Positions 18,840-23,217 of a stretch of 24,000 nucleotides of DNA are shown here, piece by piece. Location of the stretch: NCBI GenBank assembly GCA_965372465.1, contig CBDVCK010000006.1:12258-36257 (forward strand), written 5' to 3'. Each line of letters opens with the position of its first letter. The first letter of the stretch is position 1. The position numbers were made by a program, and so were the translations under genes. The notes under the pieces are model-generated. The model worked only from the letters and a program-made list of their open reading frames with translations. It was not told the origin of the DNA and made no database searches. Source of the DNA: an uncultured Thermoplasmata archaeon (lineage in GTDB: Archaea; Thermoplasmatota; Thermoplasmata; GCA-020350865).

Positions 18840-18905
18840 CAGCCCCGGCCACCTGAGTCTTTAAGAACCCAGCTCTTCAAAGAATAATGTGAAGTTGAAA
18901 GGGCT
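18840..18905 (-). repeat. A1: degenerate copy of the 66-nt tRNA-Gln acceptor-mimic element
   Basis: Same length and ends as A2 and A3 (...GGUGGCCGGGGCUG 3'). The 5' end has decayed to AGCCC-UUU-CAAC, which leaves an A.G mismatch in the second helix. Confidence 0.5.
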
Positions 18906-18933
18906 CTGCTGAATTATAGCATTTTAAAAAGGA

Positions 18934-18999
18934 CAGCCCCGGCCACCTGAGTGCTTAAGAACCCATTATATCTCAACATAACACGAAGGTGAAGGGGCT
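18934..18999 (-). ncRNA. A2: 66-nt tRNA-like element carrying the tRNA-Gln acceptor ends; candidate structured RNA
   Basis: Minus strand: AGCCCC UU CACC [40 nt] GGUG GCC GGGGCU G. It begins 32 nt after the tRNA-Gln(UUG) 3' end and is followed by CCUUUUUAAAA. Confidence 0.4.
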
Positions 19000-19031
19000 G
19001 CTCTGATTAAATGCTTATAAAAGTAGAAGAG

Positions 19032-19102
19032 CAGCCCCGGCCAGAATCGAACTGGCGCTAAGGGATCCAAAGTCCCTTATGCTACCGCTACACCACGGGG
19101 CT
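19032..19102 (-). tRNA. tRNA-Gln(UUG), no intron
   Basis: AGCCCCG UG GUGU AGCGGUA GCAU A AGGGA CUUUGGA UCCCU UAGC GCCAG UUCGAUU CUGGC CGGGGCU G. This is a clean cloverleaf of 71 nt with A1-U72, G10 and discriminator G73. CCA is not encoded. Confidence 0.9.
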
Positions 19103-19192
19103 TTTCTGATATATATGTTATATTCAAAGCCCCTAGCAGTAAAAAAAGTGCTCGGATATTGTTGGGTTTCCTTTTTTTACCACCACGGGGCT
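19097..19192 (-). promoter_or_regulatory. Two-hairpin upstream module, copy b
   Basis: H2: ggggcttt (19097-104) / aaagcccc (19126-33), 21-nt A/T-rich loop. H1: gtaaaaaaag (19139-48) / ctttttttac (19171-80), perfect 10 bp with a 22-nt loop. The fragment caccacggggct (19181-92) equals the first 12 nt of the tRNA. Confidence 0.6.
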
Positions 19193-19256
19193 ATGATTAT
19201 TGCGAATTACAGCGAAATAGGCCCGGGGGCTGGAGGGAAACCGATTCTCAGTATTT
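19181..19256 (-). repeat. C1: conserved element (24-nt and 35-nt cores identical to C2)
   Basis: caccacggggctatgattattgcg (19181-204) and cccgggggctggagggaaaccgattctcagtattt (19222-56) are identical to 19688-711 and 19730-64. The 17-18 nt between the two cores has diverged. Confidence 0.7.
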
Positions 19257-19358
19257 ATTAGATAGTTTACCTCCTCATGCTTAAGACCCCAGGGCTAAAT
19301 AGCACAATACTGGGGGTAAAGGACTGATGCATATTTATACTTTTTAAATTGAATTAAA

Positions 19359-19368
19359 AGCCCCGGCC
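19359..19368 (-). repeat. Isolated tRNA-Gln 3' acceptor fragment
   Basis: agccccggcc is identical to the first 10 nt (plus strand) of the A elements and both tRNA-Gln genes. It lies 19 nt before A3. Confidence 0.5.
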
Positions 19369-19386
19369 CAACGAATTTTGTTTATA

Positions 19387-19452
19387 CAGCCCCGGCCATC
19401 TGAGTGCTTAAGAATTAAGCATTTCCCAACATAACACGAAGATGCAGGGGCT
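19387..19452 (-). ncRNA. A3: 66-nt tRNA-like element carrying the tRNA-Gln acceptor ends; candidate structured RNA
   Basis: Minus strand: AGCCCC UG CAUC [40 nt] GAUG GCC GGGGCU G. Compared with A2, the second helix carries a compensatory C-G to U-A change. The inner 40 nt keeps 14-nt conserved blocks at each end (UUCGUGUUAUGUUG, UUCUUAAGCACUCA). Confidence 0.4.
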
Positions 19453-19483
19453 GTTTCGAATATTAGCTATTAAAAGATAGAAA

Positions 19484-19606
19484 CAGCCCCGGCCAGAATC
19501 GAACTGGCGCCAAGAGATCTCTCCGCTCCGCAGGAGCGTTTGCCCCTCGAATATTTCATATTCTGCGGGTCCAGAGTCTCTTATGCTACCGCTACACCAC
19601 GGGGCT
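19484..19606 (-). tRNA. tRNA-Gln(CUG) with a 52-nt intron at the canonical 37/38 position
   Basis: Exon 1 is 19606..19571 (AGCCCCGUGGUGUAGCGGUAGCAUAAGAGACUCUGG). The intron is 19570..19519. Exon 2 is 19518..19484 (AUCUCUUGGCGCCAGUUCGAUUCUGGCCGGGGCUG). The spliced product is 71 nt. It matches the UUG gene except in the anticodon arm and variable loop. CUCU/GGAG pairing places G37|A in a bulge, and the intron contains a CCGCAG/CUGCGG helix. Confidence 0.85.
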
Positions 19607-19699
19607 ATTTGAATTAGCATTGTTGGGTGCAAATAACCCCAAGCAAAAAGAAAAGTGTTGGGTTGATGCTGGTTGTTCTTTTCTTTTCACCACGGGGCT
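19601..19699 (-). promoter_or_regulatory. Two-hairpin upstream module, copy c
   Basis: H2: ggggctattt (19601-10) / aaataacccc (19631-40), 20-nt loop. Its one non-Watson-Crick position is a U.G wobble only in the minus-sense RNA. H1: aaaagaaaag (19646-55) / cttttctttt (19678-87), 22-nt loop. Fragment caccacggggct (19688-99). Confidence 0.6.
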
Positions 19700-19764
19700 A
19701 TGATTATTGCGTATTACCAGTGTAATAGACCCGGGGGCTGGAGGGAAACCGATTCTCAGTATTT
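19688..19764 (-). repeat. C2: conserved element, second copy
   Basis: See C1. The minus-sense internal hairpin GGG(C/U)CUAU-N22/23-AUAGCCCC is retained in both copies, with one internal mismatch in each. Confidence 0.7.
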
Positions 19765-19784
19765 CCAAACAGTTTGCCTCAAAG

Positions 19785-19885
19785 ACCACGGGGCTTTTCA
19801 GTTATATATGCTATATTCAAAGCCCCTAGCAGTAAAAAAAGCAACTGGAGATTACTGGAAATTCTTTTTTTACTACCACGGGGCT
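19785..19885 (-). promoter_or_regulatory. Two-hairpin upstream module, copy d; it has no tRNA body attached
   Basis: 5' fragment accacggggct (19785-95). H2: ggggcttt (19790-97) / aaagcccc (19819-26). H1: gtaaaaaaag (19832-41) / ctttttttac (19864-73). Next fragment taccacggggct (19874-85), followed by a decayed copy accaccacggaact (19889-902). Confidence 0.6.
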
Positions 19886-19938
19886 TTTACCACCACGGAA
19901 CTATTTTATAAATCGGAATGGATAAACGGTTATAAAAA

Positions 19939-21501
19939 TCATTGGATAATTTCCTTTAATCGATTAACAACAAAATCCTTATCCAGTGTAGACAGGAAAT
20001 AACCCAACCTGGGACCGTAATTTTGGTTCAATATAGCCTTATAGACGAGCTGGAAAGCAGTTTTGGATTTAAGACCTTGATTTTGTGCCAAATCATAAAT
20101 CGCATTGTGGATGGCATCAGGAGTCCAATCGCCATGGCCGAGATTGGTTGATAGTTCTTCAAGATAGCTCTTATGTTCTGGCTCCAAAGGGAATTCAGGC
20201 ATATCCCTGGCGATGGAAAACTTCACTTTGTCAGGTGCGAAATTATCGAGCCAGAATTTCACACATTCAATTCTCTGTTTGAGGTGTGCCTCATCCATAT
20301 CCCCCAGACTTTCAAAGTGTTCGGTTCTTTTTAGGATTTTTAAAATACCCTCAAAATCCTCCTTTATCTGAACAAGGCTTACAATATGTCTGTATGGAAT
20401 GTGAAGAGGGAGTTTGGAAGGGATATCAAATGGCTGTGAGAGCTCGTAGGTTCTTGCCAGTTCCTTTTCGATCTTCTCTATCCTCTTGGATTTATCATCG
20501 GATGAACCTTCAAAATATCGACTCTCGGTTGCATCGTATTCGTCCACAAGGTTCAGAATTCCAAGACCCGGATCGAAATCCAGATGCTTGTTGGGATTGT
20601 TTCTCAGAACAAAGAATCTGAATACCTCAGGAGGTGTCATCTTGAGCATATCCGCACCGCTGACAACCACACCTGTCGAGGAAGACATGGCACCCTTTCC
20701 CTTGAGTTGTATCCATTCGTAGACCACAAAATTCGGGGCCTTTCTTTCAAAAATCTCTTCTGATATCATCTTAGCAGTGTCATATGAGCCGCCAGCAGCG
20801 GCATGGTCCTTGCCAAAAGACTCGAACGTGACCCCCAAAAACCACCACCTGGCAGGCCAGTCAACTCTCCACGGTAGCTTGCCGTCATCCTTTCTGAGGT
20901 CAGCTTTACCTTCATGACCGCAGAGGCATTTGTAACTCACAATAGGGAACTGGTAACCTGTAATCTCTGCGTTGGTTATCCTGCCGCACTCACCGCATTT
21001 TGGGTTGTAGGGAAACCAATTCTCGGGAAGATCGCGTTTCGAAATTTCCATGAGTATTTCCCTGATTCTACTTGCATTATCAAGAACTCTTTTCGAGGCT
21101 TCAGCGTACATTCCTTTTGCATACATTTCATGGGAATACATTACTTCAGCTTCTATTCCGAGAGTTTTTGTTGCTGCAAGAAAGGGATTTAAGAAATGGT
21201 CTGCATATGAACCGTGTCCTCCGCAGGGACATGGGATTTCTGAAAGTGGTTTTCCCACCTGCTCTTTGTAACTTTTATCAAGAAAAGGATAGACCTTTCT
21301 CAGAGGGTCGATTGTATCTCCTATATAGATCAAACGGGCTTCTTCCCCATTTTCTTTCAAACCCCTGCAAATCACCTCTCCGGTGAGTATCTCACGCATA
21401 TTGCCTACATGGATATCACCGGAGGGGGTGATTCCTGTTGCAATCACATGCTCTTTTGAAAAACCCTGGAGCCTTTTGCTCTCAACGTCAACCCAGTGCA
21501 T
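19939..21501 (-). CDS. lysK: Lysyl-tRNA synthetase, class I
   Basis: From the ATG at 21501 (MHWVDVESKRL...) the protein has GITPSGDIHVGN (HIGH variant), GKGAMSSSTG (KMSKS variant) and the CPCG...C.C Zn-like insert. The start lies 4 nt after the upstream gene's stop. The track's 18-codon extension overlaps that gene. Confidence 0.9.
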   Translation of the reverse strand: MHWVDVESKRLQGFSKEHVIATGITPSGDIHVGNMREILTGEVICRGLKENGEEARLIYIGDTIDPLRKVYPFLDKSYKEQVGKPLSEIPCPCGGHGSYADHFLNPFLAATKTLGIEAEVMYSHEMYAKGMYAEASKRVLDNASRIREILMEISKRDLPENWFPYNPKCGECGRITNAEITGYQFPIVSYKCLCGHEGKADLRKDDGKLPWRVDWPARWWFLGVTFESFGKDHAAAGGSYDTAKMISEEIFERKAPNFVVYEWIQLKGKGAMSSSTGVVVSGADMLKMTPPEVFRFFVLRNNPNKHLDFDPGLGILNLVDEYDATESRYFEGSSDDKSKRIEKIEKELARTYELSQPFDIPSKLPLHIPYRHIVSLVQIKEDFEGILKILKRTEHFESLGDMDEAHLKQRIECVKFWLDNFAPDKVKFSIARDMPEFPLEPEHKSYLEELSTNLGHGDWTPDAIHNAIYDLAQNQGLKSKTAFQLVYKAILNQNYGPRLGYFLSTLDKDFVVNRLKEIIQ

Positions 21502-21505
21502 TCTC

Positions 21506-22102
21506 TCACGCAATTGTGCGAGCCCGTATGAGTGATCTAGTAGGCACACCATCAAGTTCGTATAGTGTTGTCTTGTTCACGATTACTATGGCCAATTGGG
21601 GATTTGCTCCCTGCTCCTTTAAATCTGCGATGGAGGCCCTCACAACATGCCCGGTACTAATAACATCGTCCACAATCACGACATCCTTACCTTCCAGTGT
21701 AGCATAATTCGAGCTGAAGGTACCCTTGCCTTCATCAGTAACTGGCGGCCTGTAAATGCTCAGCTCTATACCTAGGTCCTCTGCAACCATGGTGGCCAAG
21801 GGTATTCCGTTAATAGCTATGCCTACAACACAATCAACCTTTTCTATCTCACGTTTTTCCATCTCTTCCAAGATTATATCAGAAAATATACCGGCGATCA
21901 GACCTATACGACCCCCATAAACACCAATGGACCTCCAACCGATCTTCACATCCAAAGGAGGTGTCTCCTCCTTTACATTCCTTGTCAAAAGCCAGGTAAC
22001 AGTTGCAACTGATAAGTGCAGTTCGTCAGAGATTTCGCTTTCACTGAGACCGTTTTTCTTAAGTTCTAGGACCTTTTCAACGAGAGTGTCTATACTTTTC
22101 AT
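21506..22102 (-). CDS. PyrE-like phosphoribosyltransferase-domain protein with an N-terminal HTH (GfcR / COG0856-type putative regulator)
   Basis: The start is moved to the ATG at 22102 (MKSIDTLVEKV...), with a GGGAGGG SD upstream. HTH-like segment LSESEISDELHLSVATVTWLL. PRPP-binding loop VVIVDDVISTGHV. Confidence 0.7.
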   Translation of the reverse strand: MKSIDTLVEKVLELKKNGLSESEISDELHLSVATVTWLLTRNVKEETPPLDVKIGWRSIGVYGGRIGLIAGIFSDIILEEMEKREIEKVDCVVGIAINGIPLATMVAEDLGIELSIYRPPVTDEGKGTFSSNYATLEGKDVVIVDDVISTGHVVRASIADLKEQGANPQLAIVIVNKTTLYELDGVPTRSLIRARTIA

Positions 22103-22178
22103 AACAAACCCTCCCAACCTAATCGGCTAATGTCTATATTAGATTTTGCGTGTGATAATCCCGACGGAAAATATGATT

Positions 22179-23036
22179 TTATTCATTATTTGAATCCGAT
22201 GTGGCTGTTGGTACATCTCTTTCAAGAAGACCTCGAAGTTCGGAAAAGAGTTCCATTCTTGTATCTCGTATGGTTGGACGAAATTCCCGGGCGGTACTTA
22301 ATTCCTTCAGATTTATGTCGTATTTCACGTTATCCTCTTTGAAATACTCACCCTTTGCCTTAATATCCCCTCTTGGCCCTATTATCGTATTTCCCCCCCA
22401 GTAGACCATATTCAACTCAGTTCCCACCAGGTTCGTGTATGCAAAGAAAATCGCGTTCTCAATGGCCCTTGCTTCAATGATTTTCTCAAAAAAAATCCTG
22501 GTTGTCGAAGGGGAGGCAGAGATGCAAACCAATATGTCAGCACCTTTCAATGCATATATCTTTGATACCTCGGGGAAAAAACAATCGAAACAAATCAGCA
22601 TGCCAATTTTTCCAAAACGGGTTTCAAACACCGGTAGTTCACTTCCGTGTCCAAAATAAAGATGTTCCTCGAAGGGCCCAAAGTTCGCAAGGTGCAACTT
22701 CCTGTAGCAACCCACATTTTCATCAGGGTATACGATTACTGAGCTATTGTAAAATAGACCGTTAACATCCACTGCCCGCTCCGGCATCCCGAATATTATA
22801 TGCGTATCATACTCCCTGGCAATCTGTGCAATCCTATTAACAGATGGCCCATCTAGAGGTTCTGCAAGCTTCGTGAGATTATCACGACACATATAACCTG
22901 TAAGAAACATCTCTCCAAACACAACCAAATCCGAATCTGATTCCGATACAGCTTTTTTGATGATTTCCAGGTTCTTTTGTTTATCCCCGAGGACACAGGG
23001 AAACTGAATAAGGGCTATTTTCAAAGATCTCACCAC
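22179..23036 (-). CDS. Carbon-nitrogen hydrolase (nitrilase superfamily amidohydrolase)
   Basis: 285 aa with the E-K-C triad context: VVFGEMFLTGY, YRKLHL, GMLICFDCFFPE. The track start is a GTG at 23036. A TTG at 23024 (reading MKIALIQ) with better SD spacing is an alternative. Confidence 0.8.
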   Translation of the reverse strand: MVRSLKIALIQFPCVLGDKQKNLEIIKKAVSESDSDLVVFGEMFLTGYMCRDNLTKLAEPLDGPSVNRIAQIAREYDTHIIFGMPERAVDVNGLFYNSSVIVYPDENVGCYRKLHLANFGPFEEHLYFGHGSELPVFETRFGKIGMLICFDCFFPEVSKIYALKGADILVCISASPSTTRIFFEKIIEARAIENAIFFAYTNLVGTELNMVYWGGNTIIGPRGDIKAKGEYFKEDNVKYDINLKELSTAREFRPTIRDTRMELFSELRGLLERDVPTATSDSNNE

Positions 23037-23217
23037 CTCTAAATCTTGACTGAGATGGTTTTGATTCTAAATATCTCTTACGTATTGTTGAGATGGAGCG
23101 GGGCAGAGGATAAGATATTAAACTTCCTGAAAATCAAAAAATTATATTTACAAAGAAAATCCTATATATAAAACGATGTGATTGTACATCATTGCTTACC
23201 TTTCCAAATAGAGGATC

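Noticed and set aside
18761-18880. The 40-codon N-terminal extension of GlnRS in the track ([14 protein letters not shown]...).
   Set aside because: Alignment with bacterial GlnS starts at MSEKEP (18760). The extension covers the TATA-like box and element A1 and has no coding-like composition.
18840-18905. A1 as a tRNA-mimic operator in the glnS 5' UTR, giving ThrRS-style autoregulation or a T-box-like leader.
   Set aside because: A good TATA-like box (18801-18812) lies between A1 and the start codon, so A1 is probably not in the glnS mRNA. A1 is also the most degenerate copy. The idea remains a possibility only if transcription reads through from upstream.
19193-19327. A C/D-box sRNA, from the AUGAUUA just after the 5' fragment in the C elements and a CUGA at ~19323.
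   Set aside because: The C-box is imperfect. The only CUGA is ~130 nt away and absent from the second copy, and there are no C'/D' boxes. On the other strand, the CUGA inside the conserved core lacks a partner C box.
18840-19500. The recurring motif cagccccggcca at roughly 95-450-bp intervals could be a CRISPR array.
   Set aside because: The shared repeat is only 12-30 nt and derives from the tRNA-Gln acceptor end. Spacing is irregular. Two of the supposed repeats are complete tRNA genes, and there are no cas genes or leader.
16686-19938. The glnS region as an intact integrated mobile element or genomic island.
   Set aside because: No integrase, transposase, plasmid or viral gene is present. 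The flanking tRNA fragments belong to two different tRNA-Gln sequence types and do not form one matching attL/attR pair. Only scars and past horizontal transfer can be argued.
19079-20002. The + strand ORFs in the track (19079..19261, 60 aa; 19673..20002, 109 aa) have recurring HHGA motifs and could be small repeat proteins.
   Set aside because: HHGA is simply caccacggggct translated. The perfectly conserved 35-nt core is read in different frames in the two copies. There is no SD or TATA context, and the second ORF runs antisense into the lysK 3' end.
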